A stretch of DNA of 62,254 nucleotides, the filler included, from Basidiobolus ranarum (Eukaryota), in assembly GCA_040143965.1 (NCBI GenBank). It is 4 parts of 4 records of this genome, joined end to end, with 100 filler letters (N's around TTAATTAATTAA, not from the genome) between each part and the next. Parts side by side here need not be neighbours in the genome. Positions count along the whole stretch, not along the records: positions 1 to 15,562 come from JASJQH010000374.1; positions 15,663 to 31,151 come from JASJQH010000376.1; 2 more parts are not named here. One strand, written 5' to 3'. Position numbers and translations under genes: made by a program. Below are positions 12,908-26,472 of this stretch, piece after piece (positions within the stretch are counted from its first letter, which is position 1; every line of letters starts with the position of its first letter). The notes below the pieces were generated by a model. It did no database searches. It was not told where the DNA came from and saw only the letters and a list, made by a program, of their open reading frames with translations.

Positions 12908-13482
12908 GTAACATCTTGTTGTCCTGTAACTCAGCCTACAAGCTTAGTATTATCCAGTAACATGTCTGGTGACACAACTCAAGGCATGATAAGAGCAGTT
13001 CAAACACATGTCATTCTGTAAAAATAAGTAATCCGACACCAGCACAAAGTTTACTTCAATATTTGACTTAATTCTACTCAATGACTATTCATTACTTGGT
13101 AGTTCATTGACAAGTGAGCATATTGGTTAGGGTTAGGTGGCCAGGTCCAACTTAAGAATGTTGATTGGAATGTAGACTTAGGGTTAGTTTGATGCACCTA
13201 TTGTTTATTCAGATCATTCGCCAGCAGACAAATGTCTCATTTGATTATTCAGTTCATTCGCTTTTACCAAGATACATCAGTGTAGCTGGGAGGTGAGACA
13301 TATTCAGTGTAGATGGGAGGTGTACTTCTATTGTATATATCATTTCTATGCTTACTAATTCACCTTTCCCTCTGTGGATGGCCACAATAAATCGAATAGT
13401 GATACCCATTTAGGTAAATTCTATTGGATCGTAGAAGTATATATAGTTTCAACCTCGGCTAATATGTACTATCATTATCATT

Positions 13483-14448
13483 ATGCCACACAAATTCAAC
13501 GACGAAACTACAGCAGAAGAGGCCGCCTCTTTTTTTGCTAGCGAAATCAAAGGCAAGACAGTGTTGGTGACTGGTGCTACTTGGGGTGGTCTTGGTGCTG
13601 AATTTGCTCGGGTTATAGCTAAGTATGGAGCTGGGCTTGTCATTGTTGGGGGTAGAAAGCAAGAATCTCTTGATGATACCATCAAAAAGATCAAGGAAGA
13701 AACACCCGAAGCCAACTTGTATCCACTAATCATCGATTTAGCATCTCTTACTTCAATTCGCCAAGCCGCCAAGGAGGTAAGCAAACTACCTGAGCCTATA
13801 GACATTCTGGTCAATAATGCTGCCATTGTGGCTTCTCCTTATTCTACTACGGCTGATGGATTTGAAGCCCACTTTGGTACTAATCATCTAGGCCCCTTCC
13901 TATTCACCAATCTGATACTGCCTCGCGTCCTTGCCTCCAAAACTGGAGATCCGCGTGTAGTTAATATCTCTAGCGAAGAGCATCATTGTAGTCCTATTCG
14001 ATGGAAGGATGTGGGTTTCAATGCGGGTAAAGACTATGAAAAGTGGCAGGCATATGGCCAGTCAAAGACCGCTAACATATTATTTGCTCTTGAGCTGAGT
14101 AATCGTTACAAGGTCAAGGGGCTCAATGCGTTCAGTCTCCACCCTGGAACCATTGAGACTAATCTTATTAATCATTTTGGCTTAGAAGAAGAAATGAAAA
14201 CTATGGTTGACCCCGCGGGTAAGCCACTTGTGAGTTACAAATGGAAGACGATTCCGCAGGGCACATCCACTCATATTGTTGCTGCCTTTGATCCATCCAT
14301 CAAAGACCAGAGTGGCTCATACTTGGAGGATGCGCAAGTCAATAACGCAGCTGCCAATAAATATGCACTAGACGAAGCTAATGCTCGTGAACTCTGGTCT
14401 CTGAGTGAGCGGTTGATTGGTCAACAATTTGACAGTATAAGTCAATAA
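13483..14448 (+). CDS. Short-chain dehydrogenase/reductase (retinol-DH/WWOX-like classical SDR), intronless
   Basis: VLVTGATWGGLG cofactor loop, DILVNNAA, FGTNHLGPFLFTNL, catalytic YGQSK, SLHPG. Confidence 0.93.
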   Translation: MPHKFNDETTAEEAASFFASEIKGKTVLVTGATWGGLGAEFARVIAKYGAGLVIVGGRKQESLDDTIKKIKEETPEANLYPLIIDLASLTSIRQAAKEVSKLPEPIDILVNNAAIVASPYSTTADGFEAHFGTNHLGPFLFTNLILPRVLASKTGDPRVVNISSEEHHCSPIRWKDVGFNAGKDYEKWQAYGQSKTANILFALELSNRYKVKGLNAFSLHPGTIETNLINHFGLEEEMKTMVDPAGKPLVSYKWKTIPQGTSTHIVAAFDPSIKDQSGSYLEDAQVNNAAANKYALDEANARELWSLSERLIGQQFDSISQ

Positions 14449-14657
14449 GAAGAAATAAAGATGGAGAACAATGACCAAAGGAAGATACCAGAATAAGAGA
14501 CCAAGATAGGAAACAGAATACCGATGTCCATCTTAAATGATCATTACACCTAATATGCCACTATCCAGTTAGATCTTCTCATCGATTACAATTAGGGTTA
14601 GTAGCTACGGCTCTACTAGGTTTTAACTGAAGCTTCGTATGCTTTAATATTGGGTTT

Positions 14658-14695
14658 GGGTAGCACCAAGAATTTAGGGTAGCACCAAGAATTTA
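14658..14695. repeat. Tandem duplication, 2 x 19 bp (GGGTAGCACCAAGAATTTA)
   Basis: Exact adjacent copies. Confidence 0.9.
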
Positions 14696-14855
14696 GGGTT
14701 AGCCTTTACTCTATTTCCTATGTTAATCCTAATCTTAATCATTTAATAATCCTTGTTTATGTATGCAATCATCTAATGTATACAATCATCTAGTGCTCGA
14801 GTATTCAGCATCGTATATCACAAAATTATTTGGGAACTAACCACTCCCGCTCCCA

Positions 14856-14931
14856 TTCTATGGAATAAATGTTAACTGAGTAGTATAGGGAAGTTCTATG
14901 GAATAAATGTTAACTGAATAGTATAGGGAAG
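14856..14931. repeat. Tandem duplication, 2 x 38 bp
   Basis: TTCTATGGAATAAATGTTAACTGA(G/A)TAGTATAGGGAAG repeated with one mismatch. Confidence 0.9.
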
Positions 14932-15125
14932 TATCTAGTGGTGGGCACTTAAATGGCAGTATGATCTATTTAGCACCCTTATTGTGAGTAATTTGAAGGC
15001 CAATTAGCATCAAGATCTATTAAATGTAATGCAATCTGCAATAAAACCACATTAAACACATTTGCTCTCTTCTATATCTCCATGTTTTCTAATGAATTTT
15101 CATCAGTCCAAATCAAGATGCTATT

Positions 15126-15188
15126 GAGCTTGGAGAGAGATTTAGTTATCATAAGAGCTTGGAGAGAGATTTAGTTATCATAAGAGCT
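15126..15188. repeat. Tandem duplication, 2 x 29 bp plus a partial copy
   Basis: GAGCTTGGAGAGAGATTTAGTTATCATAA twice, then GAGCT. Confidence 0.9.
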
Positions 15189-15562
15189 AACCCTTACTAA
15201 TTTTTTGAGACAGGTATGACGCTTTCTATATCCGTTAGTGTGCGATAGTGGTTTAGACCAGGAATGTATACTTATCACCCTATTCTAATTTATCCCTCAA
15301 TCTGCGGGAAATGGTTAGATAATTAAATGTAATACAATCGCTGGAATACAAGTCAATACCAATATCATGATGCTATTCCTGTATCGGTGCAAGTTGACCA
15401 GCAATATTGATCAGTAAAGGCTGTATACGTGTTACTTAATTTATTCGGTACCCTAACCAAATTTAGAGGTTTTCACTCCCCAGAATCTGCTACATTGCGA
15501 AATACAATTCATTCTTTCCGCCTCTTTCTTTATGCAATCATCTGGTACTCGAGTATTTAGAG

Positions 15563-15662
15563 NNNNNNNNNNNNNNNNNNNNNNNNNNNNNNNNNNNNNN
15601 NNNNNNTTAATTAATTAANNNNNNNNNNNNNNNNNNNNNNNNNNNNNNNNNNNNNNNNNNNN
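15563..15662. other. Artificial contig spacer (44 N + TTAATTAATTAA + 44 N)
   Basis: Six-frame stop linker embedded in Ns; identical at three positions. Confidence 0.98.
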
Positions 15663-16065
15663 GATGGCATCTGCCATTGTACAGAACGAAGTGTATCGTC
15701 GACAGGACCTCAACCTTCCAAAGCTCAATGTGTGGTGGCAAATACCTGCCTATGTTCTAATTGCCCTGTCCGAAATCTTTGCCACGATTACATCCCTCGA
15801 ATATTCTTACACTCACGCACCAGACTCACTCAAGGGCTTGGTCTCGGCCATGGCGTTACTTCCAAATGCATGTGCAGCACTAATCACCATTTTCTTGACA
15901 CCCATATCTCAGGATCCATATCTTACCTGGAATTACGGTGGTATCGCCATTGTAGCCTTCATAGTAGGGATTCTGTTCTGGTGGGGATTCAGACATTACG
16001 ATGATATCGATGAAGAAACAAAGAAAGATCGAGCATTCTCAGATTTACCCCCCAATAAAGAGTAA
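15663..16065 (+). CDS. POT/PTR-family peptide transporter, 3' fragment
   Basis: WWQIPAYVLIALSEIFATITSLEYSYTHAPDSLKGLVSA is the characteristic PTR2-type C-terminal motif. The 5' end is lost at the contig edge. Confidence 0.9.
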
Positions 16066-16368
16066 CACTAATCAAATAAATATGCAATTCTATGTCATTC
16101 GAATGATTACTTGATGTTATTTCTTCAACTGGTCTGAACTGGTACTAACGTTTATCAAGAATGTTATTTATTCGACATTATTTTTTTCATATACATACAG
16201 TATTGGCCAGTACAACAATAAATTCCATGGAAACCATTTTAAATGTCAAAAATAACATATGACCAAAATAAAATATTTATATATGCAGGTGTATGGTTTG
16301 AAGGTAGAGGGTAGTAGTAGGAATGGGAAGGGAAGGGAAAAGGAAAGAAATGGGGAAAATATAACTTT

Positions 16369-19300
16369 CTATTTCTTCACTTTTTTGGCCTCACTTTCAT
16401 TCTGATCCACAGGTGTATCATCATTGTTTTCCCGAATTCGTTTTAAACCTAGACCAGGCATATCCGTCATTTCGGTTTCGCCAGTTGTTTCCGGCATGGC
16501 TTCGATAACTTCAGGTTCAGAAGTCACTCTTTCGATTACTACTTCAACCTGAGGTTTACTCTCCAATTTACTTAGATCAGGGTCTTCAAGTGAGTAGTTT
16601 TCATCTTGGGATACAACCTCTTCAACTATGGGCGTTGGTTCGGACTCCGAGACCTCTTGCTTAACAGGAATATCTTTACTCAATTCATTAGAAACTTCAA
16701 CTTCTTCTGATTCCTCGACTTTAATCATAGGCGCGGCTATTTCTTCTTTGATCTCAGAAACGTCGACAACCACTGGTTCTATTATAGACGCTTCGGCAAC
16801 TTTTGTCTGTGTCTCCATAACTTCTCCCTCCTCAGTTAACTCTTCAATCTCTTGACGAGTCTCAGTATTAACAGAAACCATTGGTACTGCACCAGGATTA
16901 CTAGCAGCTGGGTGAACTGGTGTCGTCGGCCTTGATTCCACTAGCTTGGGCGAATTTGGTAAAGTCGTACTTTCTTTCTCCTTACCCTTGCCTAAAGTTT
17001 TTCCTTTTGGTTGTAAATTAGGCGTGAACGCTGGTGCCTCAACTCTAAGTTTCTGGAGTTGAGGGGAAGATGATTTGGCTCTTTTAACAGGTGGTCCATC
17101 ACTTTGTGGTTGAGCGACAGCCAACTTTTGAGGTGTTGGTCGCTGCTGCTGGTTTTGTTGTTGTTGCTGTTGCTGCTTCATTCTTTGCAATTTTTGCTTT
17201 TGAAGTTTCGCCTTCAACAATGCCTGTCTTCTTTGCAATTCAGTTTCTTTCTGGCTGGGCGTAGGAGCTGCTCCTGTAGCACCGTTTCCTACATTTGGAG
17301 ACTGAGTAGGTGTAGAAGGCTTACTTGCAGCAACTCTTGGTGATTGAACCGTGGGTGTCGAAATTGGTGTTACCACAGGTGTGGTCATTTTAATCGTTGG
17401 GATTGGAGCTGAGGTTGCTGTGGAACTTGCGGGAGGATTTGTGGGTGGAGTAGCCACTACAACAGGCTCAACTGGAGTTTGTTCTGCTTGAACAGGTTCA
17501 CTTTCAACTGGTTTTTCTATCGTTGAAGATTTCAGGGGTTCAGGCTCCTCTGTAGTTGTTTCGGTACGTTTAGAATTATCCGTATCTGGTGCTGACTCAG
17601 ATACCATAAGAGTATCAACGTTCTGAATGGGTGTAGAAGGTGCCGAGACACTATTGGTACTGATTGTAGAATCTTCAGTTTGAAGTTTGGCCTGCAATTT
17701 CTTAACTTGGCCTTCAGCTAGTGATAATTTGATCTTAGATCTCATTTCGGTCTCTTTTAGTGCTTTGACATGTTCAGCTTCAAGTTCCTGAGCTTTTTCC
17801 TTGATAGCTGCCTCAATCGCAGTAGTTTTTTCTTGCTCAAAGGACTTCTTCTCTTCAGATAATTTCTTAAATTCCCCTTCGATTTGTTTCAACTTATGGT
17901 AATAACCAAGTGCAGTTTTACGCATATTTTCAAATTTGGTTTTCTCGGATTCAGAAGATGAAGATATTTGAGTTGTCAACGAATCCCGCTCTTCTTGAAG
18001 TTTGTCCTTTTCAAGTTGCACCTTCTCAAGCTGTTGCTTAATCTCCTTCAACTCTTCCACGGCCTTTTGAGCTTCAGCAAGCTCAGCTAGCTGTCCAGCC
18101 TGTTGCTGAAGTTTTTCTTTGGTTTGCGCACTGACATGTTCATATCGCTTTTTCCACAAGTTGCAATGTTCGGACAACTTCGTGATACGTTTGCTCAAAT
18201 TCTCAATGGATTTCGAAGACTGCTCCTTGGTTTCTTGCAACTCGGTGGCCAATTGGTTTTTCTCTTCGGCCAACGCTGTGTACTCGGTCTTTAATCTTTC
18301 ACTTTCATCCTTCAAAGTTTGATGTTCAACAGGATCAATACGTTCGTATTTTTGAAGAATTTGACGAGTACGAGTTTTCCAGCGTTGATTGTCCTCTTCC
18401 AATGCCTTGATCTCACCATCCTTAGCCTCCAAATCCGCTTGATAATTACGAATTTGTTCCTCCAATGGGTCAATTCTATCAGTGGTCTCTTTAAGGGCCT
18501 TCTCCAAAGATTGTAACTTGGCGATATTTTTCTCGTTCTCTTCCCGAAGTGTGACATTACTTTCACGAAGGATATTGAGTTGATTGATTTTTTCGAGAAG
18601 CTCCGCGTGCTGAGTAGCGGATTGAACAGCTTCTTGCTCACGTCTACGTTCTTCAGTAAGCAAAGCACGAGTCTCATCCAAAGATTGATTCGCGTGCTCC
18701 AATTGCTGTTTCAGTCTTCTAGACTCTTGAATGGCCAACTCATGCTGGCATTGAAGTATATCCTTCTCACGTCGAAGGAAACGTAGCACTTCACGTAGTT
18801 CTTCTAATGGCTTATCAGAGGTAGACCCAGTCTCACCTTCGGGAACAACCGCGGATTCACCGCTGGCCTTTTGAATTCGTAAGGCTTGGGCGCTGACAGT
18901 TTCGAACTGTGAGTGCAAGATATTGTTTTGAGCTACTAAATCTTGACATCTTCTCTCCAGTTCCTCAATGGATTTCTCGAGAATTTCTTTTTGACCAGCC
19001 CAAGAAATCTCCGAAGATTTGAGATTCGCTTCAGCAGTCTCAGTTTGAATCTGATAAGTGTGGATTTCTGAACTCAATTGCTGATATTGGGCCTTCATCT
19101 TGTTGAGAGATTGGATGTCATTTGCGTGCATTAACAATTCTCTTTCATAGTTTTCTTGGGCTTCTTCGGTCATCTTGGCTTGACGTCTAAGGTCCTCTTG
19201 GAAGGATTCTTGAGCAATTCTGGCCTTCTCTTCGATCTCTCCTAATTGAATTAACTTGGTTTCATAATTCTTTTTCTCAGCTTCCCAGGTAGCACGCTCT

Positions 19301-22300
19301 GTATCCATCTTCTCTTGGCCTTCAGTCAACTCTGTGACTGCCTTACGAAGCTCGTCGTTCAATGATACAATGGTTTCCTTGAGATTAGAAAGTTCTTTTT
19401 CATTTTCCTCAATCTTCTTGTCAGTGACTGCTTTATATTCATCGTACGTTTGATTGATTTCAGCAAGAGCGTCCTCATTTGATTTACTGATTGCCTTGTA
19501 TTGCTCGACATGTTGACGTAACTGATCCGACTCTGCTGTGGCGGCGCTAAGTTCAGCTTTTAGTTTGACTATTTCTTGTTCTAGTTTCTCTTCGGGAGAC
19601 AACTGACCGTTCTCACCCTTTTGCTGATACAGCGCCAACTTCTCCTGAGCAGCTTCAAGTTGCTTGCTAAGTTCCGATATCTTGGTATTCAGATGTAGCA
19701 TTGAGGTCTCAGCAGCAACCAATGATTCCCTGGTCTGTTGGTGATCAGAAATAGCCTTGTCCAACCTGATTTGATAATCTTTAGATTCGTTTTCCTTCCT
19801 CAGATTCAGAGCTTTGTTACTATCAATCTCCTCGGAGAGCTTCTGCTTGGTGCTTCGTAACTCTTCTTCCAAGTTTTGAATTTGTGTTTCAAATCTTCGT
19901 TTGGTCGTGGCTTCCACGCGTTCAAATTCGTTTTGCATATTTTGGAGATTACGCATTAAATCGTTGAGATGAGTTCGTTCTTTACTTAATGCTTCATTTT
20001 CATGAACCAGACGAGCCTCAATAGATTTGGACAACTCCTTTTCAGCGCGAAGATTGGAGCATTCAGTACGCATACGTTCAAGTGCTTCCTTTGCTTCAAC
20101 TAAATCCTGTGTTAATCTCTGGGTAGCGCTATCTTGACGTCCGAGAGATTCTTGAAGATTAGAATTACGCTTTCGTGCTTCTTGAAGTTCAGTAGCCTGC
20201 AATTTCGTATTATCAACGAGTAGCTGATAACGTTCGTTTAGGAAATCAATCTGTGCGTTTGCCCTAGCCAACTGGATACGATACTCAGATCCTTCTTTTT
20301 GAATAGCATCAATTTGATCTCGCAGCATCTTAGTATCAATGTCGGTCTCTTTACGATAAGCATCAAACTCAGATTGGACTTCTATGAGAAGCTTGGGGTA
20401 GTCAGGACCACTGATATCAGTATTTGTAGAATCAGAGTTGCGAAGTGGGGAAGGACTCTCTGTCTTAGGGGGCAACTCATGTCCTCCCTGAGCTAATAAA
20501 CGACGACACATGTCTCTCTCGCGAAGATATGATTCCATCTTGGTTCTAGTTAATTTGAGCTCATCTCTAAGGATTTCAATTAGTTTGTGTGCCTCCTGGA
20601 CGGCCTCGCTTTCTTGTTGAATGTCAGATTCCTTCCGCTCAGCCTCTTCTCTTTCCATACGCTCACCTAGCTCACGAGTGATTCTCAACAAACGTTGATT
20701 CTGCTGTTGCAGCTCCGATATGCTTCTAAATGTAGTGAGCTGCTCACTGATCACAGAATCTGTATCAAGATGATCAGTATCTTCATCAATATTGTTGGAA
20801 CTACTATTGAAGAAGCTATCTGACATTCCCTTAGAACGCTCAACCTCACGTAACAGTGCTTGTACTTGACGTCCAAGATCACGGTTCTCTTGACGGAGGG
20901 ATAGATTCTCACGTTCAAATCGTTCAGAAGTTAGTTTTGCATCTTCAAGTTTGATATTCATCTCGTCACTTTCGGCGATTAGAGTGTTTAACTGATTAGA
21001 TATCTCCGCAGCTTCTAAGCAGACTCTTTCATATTCACGACGCTGCTCTTGAAGGATGGGTGCACGCTCTTCAATATCTTGTAGGATTTGTTGAAGACAC
21101 TCATTCAATCGAGAAGTTTCTCTTTTCTCGTTGACCAATTGCTCTTGTAAGGAAGCATACTCTGAATAAACTTCAGTGAATGATTTCCCAGACTTTTGAA
21201 GACGACTTGCAATTGCAGCCGTAGGAGACAATAAACCAGCACGAATCCTAGATTGTTCTGTGTCACTTAGATCTACAGTGGTACCGAGTATCTCGTTGGC
21301 GCGACGAAGCTCTATCTGAAGTTTCTCCAATTGAGATTCTGCGGAATTAAGCTCCTCTCTGAGAGAATCGTTTTCCTCCGTGTACTGATGGAAAATACTG
21401 TCAGTTTGTCATGGATTAAAATCAGTAAGATGATACTACTTACTTTCTTGACGGTATATTCGAATTCCTCATTTTTCTCCTCGAGACTTCGTTGCAAATC
21501 GCTTATCACCTCTATCGTGCAACAATGGTAAGTAGTCTGATCAGGTACATGTATGTTACAATAAGCATAAACCTACCATCCAAGTCACTCATTCGTTCTT
21601 TGGCCTCGTTTGAGCTTTTTTCCCATAGAGTGGCAAGTCTGATTTGTGTAGCCATTTCGGATTTGAAATTCTCTTCTTCAGAGATTAATTGATTTTGAAG
21701 CTCTTTGATTTTAGCGAAAGCATCCTCTAATTTAGTTGTTTGCTCCTCAAATCGACGGTGAGCAGAGCTGGCAGCTTGAGAAGCCACTGCCTCATTATCA
21801 ACTGCAGTATCAAGTTCATTTTGAAGTTTACTTAATTGTGAAGTCTAAGAATAAATTTAAGTTATAAAAGTGTTTTGGATGGAAATCACAAGTAATAGAG
21901 ACATAGATAGAACCTTTTCTCTACGATATTTTCCAAACTCCTCAGTCTTGGTATTTAACTCCTGTGTGAGCCACTCGTTTTGTTGACGTAATAGAAGTAA
22001 TTCTTGTTCTACTGTTTGTTGTTTGAACTACAAGATTCAAGAGTTATAATTGGAACTCTGCACTAGATAATGATAAATATCTACCTTGCTCGATAATTCG
22101 GCATGTCTAGCCTCTTGAAGTTCATTTTCCAAACGACTAACTTCCTTCTTGGTAATAGAAAGTTTATCTTGCAACTCCTGGTACTCACCTTATTGAAATC
22201 ATTTGATCAGAAAAAATTTTAAGCCATGTTAAAACTCAAAATACATACCACTATTTTGAGTTAATTCTAAGGTACGAGCATCTAAAGCAGCTAAACCATC

Positions 22301-22822
22301 GCGTTTTTGAGAATCTAAAGCGTCGATTTCGGCTTTTAACTCCTTGATTTCCGTTAGATATTGTTGAATCTCCTCATTCTTCTTTTCAAGTTGGGACTTT
22401 AGAAGGACATTTTCAGTACCTTATAATGTGATAATACGTGTTCAGTTTCAAACCAAAAGATAGGTAGGTATAAAAAATATATAGATGGATATATATATAT
22501 ACACACTGGTATCAACTGCAGTCTTCTCAACTTTTTCTACACGTTCGCGTGAATTTTGTAGTTGCTTTTTATAAAGTAGAAGTTTGGTCTCGGAAGTATG
22601 AAGTTCGTGTTCTAAAACACGAATTGGGTTAGTTTGTTTCCCAAAAAAAGTTCCCCCCTTTTTAAACCATATTTTCAAATAAAATAATATGAAATGAAAA
22701 AAGAAAATATTCCACCACTTTTACATACCAAAATTTACTTCAGCAACAACTTTTTGTGCTTTTAGATCTTCCACTTCTTGCTTCAACGCGATGATCAACT
22801 CAGTATCCTCTTGAGGTTCCAT
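16369..22822 (-). CDS. Nuclear basket coiled-coil protein Tpr/Mlp1/Nup211; several small 5' exons and one ~5-kb exon
   Basis: LSPTAAIASRLQKSGKSFTEVYSEY, IEERAPILQEQRREYER, FRSISELQQQNQRLLRITREL, AQENYERELLMHA, LNILRESNVTLR, RWKTRTRQILQKYERIDP. Disordered tail ending in an NLS-like AKKVKK. Likely ATG at 22822 (MEPQEDTE). Confidence 0.92.
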
Positions 22823-23276
22823 AGTTGAAGCTTGCGTTTAATAAAACATATGATTTACTTATATACTCGAATAATTTCATTTATCCTCAACTAAATCATT
22901 CTATTGAATTTTACTTGGAATTTATGTTTGACTCGGTTCCGTGAGTGACGTGAAATCGTGTTGAACACTTGGGATTTATTTACACTAATCTACTATCTGA
23001 TAATTCTAAGTGATGTTAAATAGTTGGTGGATAAAATATGATTACGCTTACTTGGAAAAAATCTAGAGAAATATTTATACTTTATAAACTCTAATTGGTA
23101 ACTTTTTGAAATTTTATTGAGCATATAAAGAGAGGATATTTCGATTCATAGTATACAACACAAACACAAGTAAACTTTTTACAGAAAAGTAAATTAGTTT
23201 CAAAGAGTTTATCAGCTCCCGAGAAACTGTTTGGAAAGCCTTTTCTCCATCTCTAAAAAGTGACCAGAGGAGGAAT

Positions 23277-23793
23277 CTATTCCTCAAAAACCAGGGAGCT
23301 CTCTGAACAGTAGTATGGTACCCAGTTGTAGTTCTCCAAAGAGGTTGATAACTCTGGCGGAGGTTTGTGAACTACTTGAAAGGACTCAGCTACTTTAAGA
23401 GGAGGTAATTCCTTTGGACTGGGTATTCTCGTATCCATGATCTATATATACATCATAATGGTTACCATTATTGCTGACATAGGGAAAGTGAACCTGTTAA
23501 GAAATACCTCTTCAGTACTTAATTTCACGCGCTTTGAAAAGTTTTCCGGTGCTACTGAACTACGTAAGATCTCCGTTTCTAGTTGATCTAGATCGATGCT
23601 CACTCCCCTCGATCTTGTGTCTTGACATATATTAGAATATCTAGGGAAAGTAAGGTGTTTAGAAAACCTCGACCAGAATTGTTCATTGTACTTAAGCCGT
23701 TCACAATGAATGGCATACGACTTACAAATCATCAAAGGCCAACTCAGTAGCATATATTCTTTTCAAAGACCATTCGTAGGCGTTGAAAGCCAT
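23277..23793 (-). CDS. Small three-exon hypothetical protein (121 aa)
   Basis: Exons 23793-23726, 23640-23508 and 23441-23277 join in frame across GT-AG introns: MAFNAYEWSLKRIYATELAFDDLYSNICQD...KRVKLSTEEIMDTRIPSPKELPP...LVFEE*. Confidence 0.55.
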
Positions 23794-26472
23794 TCAATAA
23801 GTTTATACGATAAACAAACCGGTAAATATAGTCTACTCGTTAAATAATTCAGTATTGCCAAATTTTAATGTACACTGGTTGAGGTTTATACGAAAAGTAA
23901 ATAAACAAGAATAAATAATATATTTGAATGGCTCATAACAAGGCTATATCTCTCTTCACTGATTGGTTAATTGAATTTTAACATTCTGGAAGTAAGATTC
24001 ATTGAAAAATCCAATATCTTTATCCATTCAAAAACATGTCAGTAATAATGTACCATTATATATAAGCCCATTTTTATCTTGGCAAATTCTTTGGAATCTT
24101 CAAGTACTCAGGTTCTAGTTTTGAAAGACAAGGATTCTCCACAATTGATTTGATCAGCTCACACAATATCAAGCAAAAGAACCTATATCTTAGAAATTAA
24201 TTACACATACTAGACTATCTGTATATAGAGATGAAGATACATATATTATACTAAATATACTACAATTGACTCAACGCACAACAGTGTACCTACAATAGAC
24301 TAAGCTATTTAAACAATACAGCTCTGACCAAAGTTTCACTATTCTTCAGTAAAGTTATCCCAACAACCATAGTTGAATCGTATGAATATATGATGTTGAG
24401 CAGAGAGCCACCCCAACAATTACATCTAGAGAGAGGCTCTAACCATTTATGTAAGACTCAAACCGGTAAAAGGCATATTTGGTAATATTAAGTCGTATTT
24501 AGTATTTGAAAAGGCTATAAGTAGATCGTGATCAAGTTAAAATCCCCGATTGGCTCCTTTTGAAATACGCAATTTTATTATTCCATAAGGCCAGATTAAT
24601 TATTCTTTCCATGAAGTTTTCTTTCCTTTCATTCAAGCCAGTTATGGTGACCACATGGCCTTCATTTAAGTCCATCAAAAACGGTACAAACTACCTTACA
24701 ATGAAGCCCTCTTTAAATTTGTATGGCTATCTAAATATAGCGTTGCTCATATAGAACGTTAGAAATACCAGCCAGCCACACTCATAGATTTAAGAGATGA
24801 TTGCGGCTAATATCTACTGGCTTTTTACCTACTTGATGCATCATAGATTCGACAGATGCAAGATACCCTTGGATAGAGTATCTACATCGGTGACAAGGGT
24901 TCTCTGAACTCAGTCTAGAATTTCCAATGGATTTGGAGATTTTTAAGCCTGGGCGTGGTATCCTACTCTTTATTAGGGATTAAATGAACCAGGATGTTCA
25001 GCTAGGGATGGTCACCGTTCCAAAGAAAGGTAGTTAGTGTTCTATCTGGCAAGACAACGTGGATGCTGTCCTACTTGAAACCAACCCTAATTCATTTGAT
25101 GATGAACTTCCAATCTTTGGATGAAACCGGTATTTCACTAATTGACAGAAACGATCATCGTCATGTTAGGTAATACGCAGAAATTGAGATTAGGTAATAA
25201 ACCGATATAATACTTCCACTGCTGCCATATAGGGAGGGAGTTATAATATTGCATCGTCATTGTTACATGATGACTCTGGTGTAGCGGCAACTTCTCTATA
25301 TTCCTCTCCCACTAAACTTAAACTAAAATTGACTGTCCGTGAAAGAACATTGAATGAATTGATTTTAGCGATAGAATGAATGCGGTTGAATGGAGATAGG
25401 GTTAGGGTTGGCGGTGATTCTCAAAAACGAGGATTTTCTATCTTTGGCGAGTAAAATTTTACTCCCATCTAATATACTTCTGGTAAGTAGATTGACTATA
25501 TTATTCAAAATCCGATTTCTTACGAGATCTTTTTTCATGTAGATTCTTGTACATGGGGGGTTTTAATCCCAGTAATCATCCCGCCACCCCTTTTTTTCTT
25601 CTCGATATTCCCAACGTAGTTACCAAAATTAGTCATTGGCGGGTCAAAAGGTGAATAGATCGCATGAATGTGTATGATGGTGACTGCATGATTCGTAGAA
25701 CAGAATCGAATGTACAGGTCGGTAAAGATAGCCGTTCGCTGCTCTCTGTCTGACGCACATTAGCGAGTGACCGGTATTTGCACGAGTTAACTCTCTAGTT
25801 ACCAGCTGGTTAACGGAATACAATGAGAAGACCAATGTCATACAGGGCTCAAAAGGAATCAGTGGTGACGGCAGATGCTTGATTAAATCTTTTCCCGAGT
25901 GCTATTCCTTAATTCTTATTATATCTTATCTGGAGCCATCGATTTTGGATATTTCCCTAGTTTGGTGGCTCAGCTCAACTGGGTGAAGATAGATACTTCC
26001 TTGGCGTGTGAGGAGCTCGGGGTACTGAGCTTTCATTTTAAGATGACTATCATGGAGGACATACTGGTCAGGTCAGATCGGTGGATTTGAGAAATGAATG
26101 GAACTGGCTAGTTTCTGGCTTAGAGCATTCGTAAATTTGGGCGACTGAATATGGAATACGAAATTTGTCTGGAGCTTGAACTCATCCGATATATACGAAT
26201 CTCTACACTAATGACTAATAAAATATTGCATTCAATTGCGGCTATTCTTGTATTCTACGTCGAGTGGTACAAATTAGATCGAAGTTATTTCTTGAATTGG
26301 TCAAAATTATTGGTTTTATTGCTCGTTGTGAAGAAGGGTGATGCTGACGTATGAATACATATTGTAAGAAAACTAACTATCAAAAATCAGTGTAAAGGTC
26401 TATGTACAGTCTATGGCAAATGTATTTCATTGCGGGAGGAAGGAAGGAAGTTTGGTTCTATGCGCTGGGTGC

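Noticed and set aside
13449-13826. Antisense ORFs overlapping the SDR, and similar ones opposite Tpr, INPP4, PacC, the GPCR and the kinase
   Set aside because: They are shadows of real genes on the other strand and show no recognisable motifs.
15607-15618. Palindromic TTAATTAATTAA inside N runs as a biological motif
   Set aside because: Identical at three gaps with symmetric 44-N flanks; a synthetic six-frame stop linker.
17143-17177. CAG/CAA microsatellite
   Set aside because: Encodes an ordinary short poly-Gln tract in the disordered Tpr tail.
23897-23908. GTAAATAAACAA forkhead-like sites upstream of the orphan gene
   Set aside because: Such AT-rich words are expected often by chance at this base composition.
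24400-26400. Possible transposon relic in the long intergenic region
   Set aside because: No terminal repeats and no transposase or reverse-transcriptase motifs recognised in the short ORFs.
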